From the NCBI GenBank assembly GCA_963677615.2, contig CAXXQW010000006.1:33520-97519 (forward strand): DNA of 64,000 nucleotides. The letters run 5' to 3'. The notes below the pieces were generated by a model. It was not told the DNA's origin and ran no database searches. It saw only the letters and a program-made list of their open reading frames with translations. A program made the position numbers and the translations under genes. The DNA is from Oceanispirochaeta sp. Its GTDB lineage: Bacteria > Spirochaetota > Spirochaetia > DSM-2461. This document shows, one piece after another, positions 1 to 10,245 of this stretch. Position 1 is the stretch's first letter. Every line of letters starts with the position of its first letter.

Positions 1-221
1 AGGTTCCTGTCAACAGTCGGTCCTATTCCAGCCGTCAGGATAATATTATGCTCTTCTGCACACCGTCTGATAGTTTCTAGTTGATCATCACTGTATTCCA
101 GTATCTGATGAGCAGCAATTTCCAGGATATCAAATCCAATCTCTGATACTTTTTTTATATAGTGGATATAATCTCCATCCCACTCCTGTTCCCAAAAAGC
201 GTAATATATTCCATGTTTCAT
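1..221 (-). CDS. dpe: D-psicose (D-allulose)/D-tagatose 3-epimerase family protein, 5' part only (runs off left edge; not in ORF track)
   Basis: Manual translation from ATG at 221 (SD GAGGA upstream): MKHGIYYAFWEQEWDGDYIHYIKKVSEIGFDILEIAAHQILEYSDDQLETIRRCAEEHNIILTAGIGPTVDRN. This closely matches the N-termini of characterised ketose 3-epimerases as recalled (MKHGIYY.YWE.EW...GFDI.E.AA...I.LT.G.GP). Confidence 0.88.
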   Translation of the reverse strand, partial: MKHGIYYAFWEQEWDGDYIHYIKKVSEIGFDILEIAAHQILEYSDDQLETIRRCAEEHNIILTAGIGPTVDRN

Positions 222-249
222 TTGATTTCCTCATTAAAGAAAGATTGAA

Positions 250-1950
250 TTATTTATCAATTTTTTCAGTAGTAATAACTGGTAAAATGACACGTGAAGG
301 GTAATCTTTTCCCATATAGAAGTTCTGTTTAGCTTTTTTCTTTGTTATCTGCTCCGACCAAACACCTGGAAGATTAGGATGGATTGAATATTGGGGAAAA
401 TCCGATGATTGTATATCAATTCTCAATTGAGAGCCTTTTTTGAATTGAAAAGCAATATCCCAGAGATCTATATTTACTTCAACAATCTCTCCCGGTTTAT
501 ATCCCACCCTTTTTTTGGAGTTGTTACGATAGCCCAGAGTTGTTATTCCGGACCTGACATTGTAGCTACTCCCATCCTTGAGAATGTTCATTATTTTTAC
601 TGAAAAGGATGTATCTTCAACATCAGTGCTGACATAAAGAAGAACATTTATCTTTCCCCATACCGTTATATCCTGATGCAAGGTACTGCTAATAAAACTG
701 ATGACATCTTCCCTGTAATCGGGTCCCGGCTGAAGAAGACTACCAATAGCCTCTCTTGTCTTTAACATGGATTCTGCCCCCCAACTGGGTACTGGGTCAT
801 CCGGATTATATTGAAAAGAAAATGTATGATTTTTTTCGAGAGATGTTATCATAGGAGTAAGCTCTTTTCGTTCCTTCTCCATATTAAAATACAATTCCAG
901 AATTTCCTGATTCTCTAAATTATAATCAGCCTGATCGATCCAATAATCCCCACCAATGACATAGGAAGAGACTCCTGTATCATGATTATCTTTTTTTACT
1001 TGAAGATCATAAAACCATTTAAAAGACCTGATCAGATCATTATTTTCGTAATTTTTCCCTATATGCCCCTGAATAGGGACATCAAACCAATGATCCCATG
1101 GACCAACAACAAGCTTGCTCTTCTTTCTGCATTCATCCGATAACGCATGGTAGGACAAGAGACCGGAACCCAGGTGATGATCATACCATCCTTCACTAAT
1201 GAGTAAGGGAATTTTCACTTTTTGGGGAATTGTTTTCAGAATCCCCCAAACTCCTTCATTCCAGTATTCATCATCCCCATCGGTAGAAGTAACCCATTTT
1301 TTATACCACTCCAGATGCTTTCCCCATAGGTTACCGCTGACGTCACAGTGAGGCTGATACTTACAGGTTTCAAGATAGTCGGCCTTTACATCATAACCGG
1401 CATTTTCCATAGCCCAAGCTGTTAAAACATCATGGCGGAAAAGTCCGTCTTTATAAGCAGAAATATGACGAAAAACACCATAATTGGACAGATACATAGT
1501 CTTCACTTTTTCCGGGAGAATATCTGCAATTATCCATCCCGTAAGAGCCATATAGGAAACTCCCATATAACCCACATTTTCCACCCAGGCCTGTGAGCAG
1601 ACCCAATCTATAGTATTTTTCCCGTCCCTTCTTTCATTGACATTAGGTTCCCATTCTCCTTCAGATCCTCCTGTTCCACGGCAGAACTGTGTTATAAATG
1701 CAAAACCTCTATGTGCATATTCCACAGCAATGGCCTTATACCAATCCTCCAGATCTTTATAGGGTGTTCTTACCAGAATTGCAGGATAACTTTCATCATC
1801 GCTAACAGGTCGGGAGATAAAAGTTCTGAGATTGACTCCATCACCCATGGTGAGCCTAATTTCTGAGGATTCTATGCTGTTGTGTGTTTCCGGGTATTCG
1901 CTGGATGAAAATTTATTGTGAATATCCTGTATTTTATCACTATCGCCCAT
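250..1950 (-). CDS. CocE/NonD family serine hydrolase (S15/X-Pro dipeptidyl-peptidase-like), copy 1
   Basis: RTPY, CRGTGGSEG, nucleophile GVSY, GWYDHH (Asp), GPWDH (His), C-terminal PepX_C-like jelly-roll (RIDIQSSDFP). No signal peptide. Confidence 0.9.
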   Translation of the reverse strand: MGDSDKIQDIHNKFSSSEYPETHNSIESSEIRLTMGDGVNLRTFISRPVSDDESYPAILVRTPYKDLEDWYKAIAVEYAHRGFAFITQFCRGTGGSEGEWEPNVNERRDGKNTIDWVCSQAWVENVGYMGVSYMALTGWIIADILPEKVKTMYLSNYGVFRHISAYKDGLFRHDVLTAWAMENAGYDVKADYLETCKYQPHCDVSGNLWGKHLEWYKKWVTSTDGDDEYWNEGVWGILKTIPQKVKIPLLISEGWYDHHLGSGLLSYHALSDECRKKSKLVVGPWDHWFDVPIQGHIGKNYENNDLIRSFKWFYDLQVKKDNHDTGVSSYVIGGDYWIDQADYNLENQEILELYFNMEKERKELTPMITSLEKNHTFSFQYNPDDPVPSWGAESMLKTREAIGSLLQPGPDYREDVISFISSTLHQDITVWGKINVLLYVSTDVEDTSFSVKIMNILKDGSSYNVRSGITTLGYRNNSKKRVGYKPGEIVEVNIDLWDIAFQFKKGSQLRIDIQSSDFPQYSIHPNLPGVWSEQITKKKAKQNFYMGKDYPSRVILPVITTEKIDK

Positions 1951-1997
1951 ATTTCTGAATTCTCCCTATAACTGTAGAAGCTTCAAATATTTAGCCT

Positions 1998-2669
1998 TCA
2001 AAAAATTTCAACCTGCCGGCAATCTTCGGCAATAACAATATTGGCTTTGGTATTTTCCAGAATAAAATCTTCTGTATAGGGTTTAAAGATTTCTTTGAGT
2101 ACAAATGCCCCATCGGATATTTCAAAATAACCGACATCTGTAACAAGCACATCAACCTCATTCTGAGCTGTCAGAGGCAAACGGCACTCCTTCAGCAGCT
2201 TGCAATTCCCATGTTTGTCAAAATGGACAGTTGCACCAATCACTTTCCGTGCGCCTACAGTAAGGTCCATCCCGCCCCCCATTCCCGGTACCATTTTTCC
2301 GGGGATTTTATAATTGGCCAGATTTCCCTGCTGATCCACTTCCAGCACTCCAAGAACAGTGTAATCCACATGACCACCGCGGATAATCCCGAAGGAAACA
2401 GCCGAATCAAAGTAACAGCCACCTGGTAAAAGAGTAACTGGCATTCCACCGGCATTAACAAGATAAGGATCTATACCGCTCTCATCAGGCTTAGGCCCCA
2501 GACCGATAAACCCATTTTCCGAATGAAAAATTATATCTATCCCTTCGGGGATGTAGTTACCAACTTCAGTGGGTAGTCCTATTCCCAGATTAACCACGTT
2601 ACCATTAGCAAAAATCTGAGCTATACGTTTTGCAATAATATCTTTCCGGGGAGTATATTCAATCATCAC
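1998..2669 (-). CDS. atoA: 3-oxoacid/acyl CoA-transferase subunit B (class I)
   Basis: VNLGIGLPT, catalytic SENG, GMGGGMDL motifs. Confidence 0.9.
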   Translation of the reverse strand: MMIEYTPRKDIIAKRIAQIFANGNVVNLGIGLPTEVGNYIPEGIDIIFHSENGFIGLGPKPDESGIDPYLVNAGGMPVTLLPGGCYFDSAVSFGIIRGGHVDYTVLGVLEVDQQGNLANYKIPGKMVPGMGGGMDLTVGARKVIGATVHFDKHGNCKLLKECRLPLTAQNEVDVLVTDVGYFEISDGAFVLKEIFKPYTEDFILENTKANIVIAEDCRQVEIF

Positions 2670-3355
2670 ACAACCTGCCTGTTCCTGGTTTCTACCAGAT
2701 AGTTAACAAAAATTGAGGGAGTCACTACTGAATCCGGATCCAGTTCTCCTATTTCAACAATTTCATCTGCCTGCACTATGACGGTATCACAAGCCATAGC
2801 CATAAGGGGATTGAAATTTCTTGCAGATCGAGCATAGACAAGATTTCCCGCCCGATCTGCTTTTTCAGCATGAATCAGTGCCACATGCCCGGGAAGGGCC
2901 AACTCAAGCAGATATTTTTTTCCGTCTGTCTCAATGATCTGCTTACCTTCCTCAACTTCGGTACCAACTCCTGTAGGAGTCAAAAAACCTCCGATTCCAT
3001 AACCTGCAGACCTGATTCGCTCGGCCAGTGTTCCCTGAGGGACAAGTTCGACTTCTGTTTCACCGGCAATCATTTGCCTTTGAATCTCTATATTCAAACC
3101 GATATGACTTGCAATTACTTTTACGAACTGGTGAGCCAATATATTTTCAGAGACACCATTTACTTTTCCCTTATCGGGAAGATACCATCCACAATCAGTA
3201 CTGATTAAAGTAAGATTATTGGTTCCCTGCTCTTTTAGAGCCTTAAGCAGTTCAGGAGGTGCACCACACCCCATAAAACCTCCGACCATTACAGTCTGAC
3301 CCGACTGAACGACTGTCAGAGCATCCTTACTAGACAGGATTTCTTTCTTAACCAT
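2666..3355 (-). CDS. atoD: CoA-transferase subunit A (class I)
   Basis: VGGF.GCG.P, PQGTLAERIR.GG.GIGGFLTPTGVGT, GNLVY...ARNFNP. Start trimmed to MVKKEIL (3355); overlaps subunit B by 4 nt. Confidence 0.9.
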   Translation of the reverse strand: MVKKEILSSKDALTVVQSGQTVMVGGFMGCGAPPELLKALKEQGTNNLTLISTDCGWYLPDKGKVNGVSENILAHQFVKVIASHIGLNIEIQRQMIAGETEVELVPQGTLAERIRSAGYGIGGFLTPTGVGTEVEEGKQIIETDGKKYLLELALPGHVALIHAEKADRAGNLVYARSARNFNPLMAMACDTVIVQADEIVEIGELDPDSVVTPSIFVNYLVETRNRQVV

Positions 3356-3368
3356 GAACAATTCTCCA

Positions 3369-4547
3369 TTACAATTCGATGCACATTGCGGCACCCATTC
3401 CTCCGCCGATACAGAGTGTAGCCAGCCCTTTTTTCAAACCTCTCCGTTTCATTTCATAAATCAATGTAACAAGGATTCGTGTCCCGCTTGCTCCGATCGG
3501 ATGACCGATTGCAATTGCTCCCCCATTGACATTAATTACCGATGTATCCCATCCCAGTTCTTTATTTACAGCAATAGCCTGAGCGGCAAAAGCTTCGTTT
3601 GATTCAATCAATTCCAGGTCTCCAATCGACCACCCGGCTTTTTTAAGGGCTTCCCTGGTTGCTCCTACAGGACCAATCCCCATGATTTCGGGAGGACAAC
3701 CAGCGTATCCATAGGATGCTATTCGCGCCAGAGGCTCGGAATTTCTCAAACGTAATTCATCTTGTGAAACCAGTAATGCAACTGCCGCAGAATCATTTAT
3801 TCCCGAAGAGTTGCCGGCAGTGACAGTTCCATCCTTCTTGAAAGCAGGACGCAGCCTGGAAAGGGATTCAACAGTAACCCCATGACGGATATACTCATCA
3901 TTCTGGAAGATGATGGGATCACCCTTATGCTGGGGAATAGAAACAGGGATAATTTCATCTTTGAATTTTCCGGTTTTTTGAGCTTCTTCCGCCTTATTCT
4001 GAGAACAGCAGGCAAACTGATCCTGTTCTTCTCGGCTTATACCGTATTTCTCAGCAAGATTCTCAGCAGTAATACCCATATGATAGTCGTTGAATTTGTC
4101 CCAGAGACCATCATAAATCATACTGTCTATAATCTCCCCATTTCCCATGCGGTATCCACTACGGGCTTTTGGCAGGATATAGGGAGCCATTGACATATTC
4201 TCTACTCCACCTGCTAGAACCATATTTGCATCACCGCATTTGATACTTTGAGCTGCAAGCATCAAGGCACGTAATCCTGAACCACAGACCATATCTATCG
4301 AAAGAGCGGTCTTCTCTTTTGGAATCCCCGCATTTACCGCTGCCTGTCGGGCAACATTCTGTCCCAATCCGGAACCCAGAACATTTCCCAGAATCAATTC
4401 ATCAATTCTTTCCGGTTCAATTGCATTTCGGGAAACCAGATCGGAAATAACAACTTCAGCCAAATCAGAAGGATGAATAGAAGAAAGGGTTCCTCCAAAG
4501 TTTCCTACAGCAGTCCTGGCACAATCCAATACATAAACATCCTTCAT
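3369..4547 (-). CDS. atoB: acetyl-CoA C-acetyltransferase (thiolase II)
   Basis: DMVCGSGL (active Cys), NEAFAAQ, GHPIGASG, CIGGGMG. Start trimmed to MKDVYV (4547, SD AGGAG). Confidence 0.95.
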   Translation of the reverse strand: MKDVYVLDCARTAVGNFGGTLSSIHPSDLAEVVISDLVSRNAIEPERIDELILGNVLGSGLGQNVARQAAVNAGIPKEKTALSIDMVCGSGLRALMLAAQSIKCGDANMVLAGGVENMSMAPYILPKARSGYRMGNGEIIDSMIYDGLWDKFNDYHMGITAENLAEKYGISREEQDQFACCSQNKAEEAQKTGKFKDEIIPVSIPQHKGDPIIFQNDEYIRHGVTVESLSRLRPAFKKDGTVTAGNSSGINDSAAVALLVSQDELRLRNSEPLARIASYGYAGCPPEIMGIGPVGATREALKKAGWSIGDLELIESNEAFAAQAIAVNKELGWDTSVINVNGGAIAIGHPIGASGTRILVTLIYEMKRRGLKKGLATLCIGGGMGAAMCIEL

Positions 4548-4569
4548 TACAAGATCTCCTTCACAAGTA

Positions 4570-5523
4570 TTATTCAAACAACGTACAAGATACGAAATGC
4601 CCTTCTTCTACTTCAATCATGGGGATATCACGATCCTTGCATTTATCGCTTACTTTCGGACAGCGGGCAGCAAACCGGCATCCCGGCTTTGGTTCGATAG
4701 GACTTGTGAGTTCTCCGCGCATAATATTTTTTGACAATTTCTTTCCCGTCAGACGAGGAGCCGGGATTGCATCGAGTAGACCGATAGTATACGGATGGAG
4801 TGGATTGCTGAAGAGCTTTTTCTTCTCGGTAAACTCTACACATTGCCCGAGATACATAACAGCAATATGGTGGCTTATATGCTTCACCACACTAAGATCA
4901 TGGGTTATGAACATGTAAGCTATTCCCTTTTCTTCCTGTAAGTCCATCAAAAGGTTTAAAATTTGTGCCTGTATTGATACATCAAGCGCAGAAACAGGCT
5001 CATCACAAACGACAAACTCAGGATTCAGGGCAAGAGCCCGGGCAATTCCGATTCTCTGCCGCCGACCGCCATCCAGCTCATGGGGATAACTGTGCAAGTA
5101 GCGATGAGCTATTCCGACAGTTTTCATCAATTGGTTCACCTTGTCGTTATATTCATCGCGGCTCTCATAGTTTTTGTAGATTTTCAAAGGCTCTCCGATC
5201 AACTCACCAACAGAATTTCTCGGATCCAGTGATGAAAAAGGATCCTGGAATATTAGTTGCATTTTAGGTCGAAGTTCATGCATCTCTTTTTTGTTGAAAT
5301 TCAGAATATTCCTGTTCTGAAAAAGAACTTCCCCATCAGTTACATCCAAAAGACGAAGTATGAGATTTCCCAGCGTGGTTTTTCCGCAACCCGATTCTCC
5401 CACGACACCAAGAGTCTTCCCCTTGGCAATATTAAAACTAACATTGTCTACGGCGTGGAGCATTCCTCTATGAGTTTTAAAGTATTTCTTAAGATTCTTG
5501 ACCTCTACCAAAGTATCATTCAT
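4570..5523 (-). CDS. oppF: oligopeptide/dipeptide ABC transporter ATP-binding protein (OppF/AppF-like)
   Basis: GESGCGKTT, FQDP, variant signature LDGGRRQRI, CDEPVSALD, C-terminal oligo_HPY domain (HPYT...CRFAARC). Confidence 0.92.
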   Translation of the reverse strand: MNDTLVEVKNLKKYFKTHRGMLHAVDNVSFNIAKGKTLGVVGESGCGKTTLGNLILRLLDVTDGEVLFQNRNILNFNKKEMHELRPKMQLIFQDPFSSLDPRNSVGELIGEPLKIYKNYESRDEYNDKVNQLMKTVGIAHRYLHSYPHELDGGRRQRIGIARALALNPEFVVCDEPVSALDVSIQAQILNLLMDLQEEKGIAYMFITHDLSVVKHISHHIAVMYLGQCVEFTEKKKLFSNPLHPYTIGLLDAIPAPRLTGKKLSKNIMRGELTSPIEPKPGCRFAARCPKVSDKCKDRDIPMIEVEEGHFVSCTLFE

Positions 5524-6512
5524 TGTGCTTCTCCATTGCCGATGTTTTTAAACAAGTGACATCTGATAAAGTGCCCCGGCTCAACTTCCTGCATAACCTG
5601 CGTTTGCCTGCAAACATCACTAACTTTCTTACACCTATCTGCAAACCGGCACCCTTTTATTTCCTCTGTTGGATCCGGCATCAAGCCTTCTATGGTATCC
5701 AGCCTATCAGTGTCTTCATCAAGTTTGGGTATGGCACCAAACAGTCCTTCCGTGTAGGGATGTCTGAATTCTCCTTCAAATATCGATTCAATCCTCCCGC
5801 TTTCAATAATCTCTCCGGAATACATTACAGCCACTTTCTCACAGGTTTGGGCAACAACTCCCAGATCATGTGTAATTAAAACCATAGCTGTGTTCAGTCT
5901 GACTTTGAGATCATTGATAAGAGAAAGCATCTGAGCCTGAATAGTTACATCCAGAGCAGTCGTCGGTTCATCCGCAAGAATCAATTTTGGCTCACATGCC
6001 AGGGCTATGGCAATAATGATTCTCTGCTTCATCCCTCCGGAAAACTGATGGGGAAACTCATTCTTCCGGTAGGCAGGAATACCAACCAGTTCCATCATCT
6101 CGTCAACAACTTTATTGAGCTCTTCTTTTGACAATTCCCTACGGTGAATAGCCAACACTTCAAGAATCTGGTTTCCAACAGACATAACTGGATTCAAACT
6201 GGTCATGGGATCCTGAAAAATCATGGAAACAACATCACCCTGCATCTTACGGATCTGCTCTGATGGGCAGTTAAGAACATCAATCCCATCAAGAGATAGG
6301 CTTCCGCCGGTGACATAACCAATATCCTGTGGCAACAGACGCATTATACTTAATGCTGTTGTTGTTTTCCCGGCACCAGTTTCGCCCACTAATCCAAGTG
6401 CTTCTCCATATCCCAGTGAAAGGCTCAAACCATTCACAGCGTATACATTGCCGTCCTCAACTCTGTATTCGACATGCAAATCTTTTATTTCAAGTAAGTT
6501 ATTAGTACTCAA
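5520..6512 (-). CDS. oppD: oligopeptide/dipeptide ABC transporter ATP-binding protein (OppD/DppD-like)
   Basis: GETGAGKTT, FSGGMKQR, ADEPTTALD, HPYT...CRFADRC. Confidence 0.92.
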   Translation of the reverse strand: MSTNNLLEIKDLHVEYRVEDGNVYAVNGLSLSLGYGEALGLVGETGAGKTTTALSIMRLLPQDIGYVTGGSLSLDGIDVLNCPSEQIRKMQGDVVSMIFQDPMTSLNPVMSVGNQILEVLAIHRRELSKEELNKVVDEMMELVGIPAYRKNEFPHQFSGGMKQRIIIAIALACEPKLILADEPTTALDVTIQAQMLSLINDLKVRLNTAMVLITHDLGVVAQTCEKVAVMYSGEIIESGRIESIFEGEFRHPYTEGLFGAIPKLDEDTDRLDTIEGLMPDPTEEIKGCRFADRCKKVSDVCRQTQVMQEVEPGHFIRCHLFKNIGNGEAQ

Positions 6513-7420
6513 CGTTTTTTCCTTTCAAACAGGCTGATTCTCTTTACAGTACCAAGAGAGCCGCGTAGTCGCGGATCCAATGCATCCCTTACCGCATCTC
6601 CAACGATATTGAAACACAAAACGATCAAAAAGATAAAAATACCCGGGGCTACGGCCAGTACCGGAATCATTCTCAGGAATGTATTCCCATCAGCGACCAT
6701 CCCCCCCCAAGAGGGAAGAGGTGGATTGATTCCCAATCCCAGAAAGCTCAGGTTTGCTTCCGCTAAAATTGCCGTTCCCAGATTCATGGTCATCAATACA
6801 ATATTAGGGGAAATACAGTTTGGTAGAATGTGCTTGAGGGTTGTACGGAACTTCGAGGAGCCACATATGGTGCTAGCTGTAATATAATCACTTCCCCGGA
6901 CTGTAAGGACCTGTCCTCTAGTTAGCCGGGCAAAACTTGGTGCCGCGCTTATTCCAACCGAAAGCATGACATTCGGAAGTCCCTTCCCAAGAATTCCTCC
7001 CAGAAATATAGCCAGAACAATCAAAGGAATGGACATCATGGCATCCATCAACCTCATTATGATTGTATCGACGATTCCACCTACAACACCTGCAGTAACT
7101 CCAAGAATCATGCCTATAGTACCTGCAATTAACACAGAAGCTAGACCGACGGAAAAAGAGATTCTCGTTCCATAGATGATTCGGGAAAATGTATCCCTAC
7201 CCAACGAATCAGTTCCGAAAATATGTTCCAGAGAACTAGTCTTCAAAGTATTATTCAGATCCTGTTTATAAGGATCATAGGGAGCAACAAAAGGGGCAAA
7301 AACAGCGGCAAATGCCAAAGCAAGTAGTATTATGAGGCATATAACAACCGCCTTTCTTGCCAATAGAACCCTGAAAAATCTTTTCATCTTCTGCGAAGCG
7401 GCCTTTTCATTATTTTTCAT
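6509..7420 (-). CDS. oppC: peptide ABC transporter permease (OppC/DppC-like)
   Basis: HIFGTDSLGRD, EAA-type loop, KHILPN, FLGLG, GDAVRDALDP. Confidence 0.92.
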   Translation of the reverse strand: MKNNEKAASQKMKRFFRVLLARKAVVICLIILLALAFAAVFAPFVAPYDPYKQDLNNTLKTSSLEHIFGTDSLGRDTFSRIIYGTRISFSVGLASVLIAGTIGMILGVTAGVVGGIVDTIIMRLMDAMMSIPLIVLAIFLGGILGKGLPNVMLSVGISAAPSFARLTRGQVLTVRGSDYITASTICGSSKFRTTLKHILPNCISPNIVLMTMNLGTAILAEANLSFLGLGINPPLPSWGGMVADGNTFLRMIPVLAVAPGIFIFLIVLCFNIVGDAVRDALDPRLRGSLGTVKRISLFERKKR

Positions 7421-7471
7421 GGCGATACTCTCTCCCTATTCTCTCATTTTGAACTATACACATCATATATC

Positions 7472-8434
7472 TCACTTTCTGTCTCTTATACGCGGATCAA
7501 CAACACCATAAAGTAGATCTACTATTAAATTGCAAATTATTATGAATACTGAAATAACAAAAACAACATTCTGAACAACCATAAAATCTTTACTTCTAAT
7601 CGCTGTTATCATTGTAGAGCCAAGACCGGGTATAACAAAAAGTGACTCAATAATAATGGTCGTTCCCACCATAATTCCCAGCTGAAATCCCATAACAGTA
7701 ATAATGGGAATCAGTGCATTCCTCAGCTGGTGTTTAAGAATTATATTTTTTCTGTCTAGCCCCTTTGCTCTGGCGGTTCTAACATAATCCTGACGAATAA
7801 CTTCCAGCATTGCAGACCTGGTCTGTCGGGTAAAAACAGCCGTAGGGGTTAAGGAACAGATAATCACCGGCATAATAAGCGGTTTTATCGACTTACCAAA
7901 ATCAACCCATGGAGGGACATATCCCTGTACAGGCAGCATGCGTAACTTAATGGAAAAGATAAGAATCAAAAGAATACCAAGCCAGAATATCGGCATGGCC
8001 ATTCCAAAATTAGCCAGGGTTGATACTACAGAATCAAGAGGCTTCCCCCTATGCAGAGCGGCTATGATTCCAAAAGTGGAACCTATAATTACGGCAAGAA
8101 AAAAAGCCGGTAAAACCACTGAAAGAGTAATCGCCAGTTTTTCAAATATAAACTGGGATATATCTTTCTGCATTAATACAGAGCGGCCCATCTGACCATG
8201 AAATAGGTTGCTTATCCATTTACCATATTGAACAAGTATAGGCTGATCATACCCAAATAGTTTCGTATAGTGGTCAATTTGTTCCATCGTTGCAGAAGGC
8301 CCCAGAAAGATACGAATGGGATCTCCTGGAACAGCCTGCATTACCATGAACACAATAAAAGTTACGACGACTAATACTATGAGTGAATGAGCAACCCTTG
8401 ATAAAATCATTTGTAATAATTTGTTCTTCATCAT
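7472..8434 (-). CDS. oppB: peptide ABC transporter permease (OppB/DppB-like)
   Basis: PGDP, QDYVRTARAKGL, RNALIP, DLLYGVVDPRI. Start trimmed to MMKNKLL. Confidence 0.92.
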   Translation of the reverse strand: MMKNKLLQMILSRVAHSLIVLVVVTFIVFMVMQAVPGDPIRIFLGPSATMEQIDHYTKLFGYDQPILVQYGKWISNLFHGQMGRSVLMQKDISQFIFEKLAITLSVVLPAFFLAVIIGSTFGIIAALHRGKPLDSVVSTLANFGMAMPIFWLGILLILIFSIKLRMLPVQGYVPPWVDFGKSIKPLIMPVIICSLTPTAVFTRQTRSAMLEVIRQDYVRTARAKGLDRKNIILKHQLRNALIPIITVMGFQLGIMVGTTIIIESLFVIPGLGSTMITAIRSKDFMVVQNVVFVISVFIIICNLIVDLLYGVVDPRIRDRK

Positions 8435-8570
8435 ATATCTCCAATTTCTCATCGGCAATGAACTAGTAAACCGTCACTAGCCGGATCTGATAAAAACAAA
8501 CTCCGGTTTCATTCACATTTACGATCACTTGAATTTCCATTCTCCGAGTAGTAAGTAAAAAATGAATACT

Positions 8571-8596
8571 GGGGACCAGATTTTTATCTGATCCCC
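8571..8596 (-). terminator. stem-loop between oppA and oppB (mRNA-stabilising hairpin or partial terminator)
   Basis: Inverted repeat ggggaccagat / atctgatcccc with 1 mismatch, just after the oppA stop. Confidence 0.5.
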
Positions 8597-8613
8597 GATT
8601 TCTCTATATATTG

Positions 8614-10176
8614 TTATTCGATCCAGGCGTTTGCAGGATCCCAGGTATAAACATGGTCCCAGTTGATTCTTGTATCATGGAGCGTTTTCACTTTGAATAC
8701 AAAAGGCTTTTGAATATAAAGAGGCTGACCAAACAACGCATATTTATCATAGGCCATAACCTGCATCTTCCACTCAAGTGCTACTTTTTCTTCATCCGTA
8801 GGGGCAACTCGTATCTGATGCAGAAGGTCCAGCATTTCCTGAGGATGCTGAAAACCTCCAGCATAGAAGGGAGCATCCGGATCTAGGTGTCTACCCATGA
8901 ACAAACCGAGGTCGGGAGAGATGGAGTGATAGTGACCCATTATTCCTTCCCAGGTACTGGAAAACATATTAAAGATTGTGGGGTCGTCCACCAGGTTTAC
9001 AGTAGTCCGGATACCTGCTTCAGTCAGCATGTTTGCAGCTGCGGTAAACATATCCTTAGTTTGGGGAGGTGTATTGATAACTGTATCAAAACCATTGGGA
9101 TATCCAGCTTCAGCAAGTAATTTTTTAGCTTTTTCAGGATTATAAGGATACCCTTTAACATTGGGATTATATGTTTTTGCACCTTTGGCTGCCCACTGAT
9201 TTGTAGAATCAAGAAGACCGTATCCGAAAGTTCTTACCAGAGCTTCTGCATCTATTGCATAACACATGGCCTGTCGAACCTTAACATCTGCAAAAGGTGA
9301 GTCTGGATCGGCACTATTAGGAATAAGCCCTGTTCCTACAAGACCGCGACCGGATTTATTCTCTTCCATGTCGTAGATGCCTGCATTCATCAGCTGCTGA
9401 CCAGCAATTATATCCTCTATCAGAATGGCATCATATTCCCCATTTTGAAACGCCAGGGCGATGGTCTGGTTTTCCTGAATAATGTCAAAATTGATCGCAT
9501 CCAGATAGGGCTTGCCTTCCTGCCAGTAATTTTCGTTCTTAACATAACGTACTTTTACGTTGTTTACAAATTCAGAGACAATGAAAGGACCTGTTCCCGC
9601 AGAAGACGACCGTAGTTTATCTACATCTTCAAGAGCTTTGGGTGAAGCGTAGAATACATAGAATCCCATACCTTCAAGAGTCGATGAATTCCAGTCTTTA
9701 AGTATCAGTTTTACCGTATAATCATCAATGATATTGATACTGGCAATATTTTGGGTCTCGTTTCTTCCTACACTCTGGTACTCCTCAATGTTCCTTTTAA
9801 CTGCTGCGGCGTTGAAGGGTTCACCATCGGAGAATTCTACTCCCTGACGAAGTGTCCATGTGATACTAGGTTCTGACGGGTCAGTAGTCCAGGCAGTCGC
9901 CAGACTCGGAATAACATTCCCCTTTTCATCATATTTGATAAGTGATTCATATGCTGAATAAACATAGAGCAAAGGTCCATTTGAGGTAACTTCCGGCATA
10001 TAACCGGAATTAGGCAGCTGATTGAACAAACCAAAACGTAATACGCCTCCGTATTTACCGTCTTTCTTGACAGTTGTTTGTTCTGTTTCCTGGCCGCCAT
10101 TAGCTAATACTGGACTGATAAATACAGCCATGATCGCCAAGGCAATGATAGTTCTAAATAGTTTTCTTGAACTCAT
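8614..10176 (-). CDS. oppA: family 5 ABC substrate-binding protein (OppA/DppA-like)
   Basis: Signal peptide ending LA-NGGQE, YESLIKYD...PSLAT.W...LRQGVEFSDG.PFNA.AVK, AGTGPF, KVRQAM.YAID, YNPEKAKKLLAEAGYP. Confidence 0.9.
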   Translation of the reverse strand: MSSRKLFRTIIALAIMAVFISPVLANGGQETEQTTVKKDGKYGGVLRFGLFNQLPNSGYMPEVTSNGPLLYVYSAYESLIKYDEKGNVIPSLATAWTTDPSEPSITWTLRQGVEFSDGEPFNAAAVKRNIEEYQSVGRNETQNIASINIIDDYTVKLILKDWNSSTLEGMGFYVFYASPKALEDVDKLRSSSAGTGPFIVSEFVNNVKVRYVKNENYWQEGKPYLDAINFDIIQENQTIALAFQNGEYDAILIEDIIAGQQLMNAGIYDMEENKSGRGLVGTGLIPNSADPDSPFADVKVRQAMCYAIDAEALVRTFGYGLLDSTNQWAAKGAKTYNPNVKGYPYNPEKAKKLLAEAGYPNGFDTVINTPPQTKDMFTAAANMLTEAGIRTTVNLVDDPTIFNMFSSTWEGIMGHYHSISPDLGLFMGRHLDPDAPFYAGGFQHPQEMLDLLHQIRVAPTDEEKVALEWKMQVMAYDKYALFGQPLYIQKPFVFKVKTLHDTRINWDHVYTWDPANAWIE

Positions 10177-10245
10177 AATTTTCTCCTTCTTGTTTATGTT
10201 CTACAAATGCCTGAACGGGCCCTGAACCGGCATTATGTAAATCGC

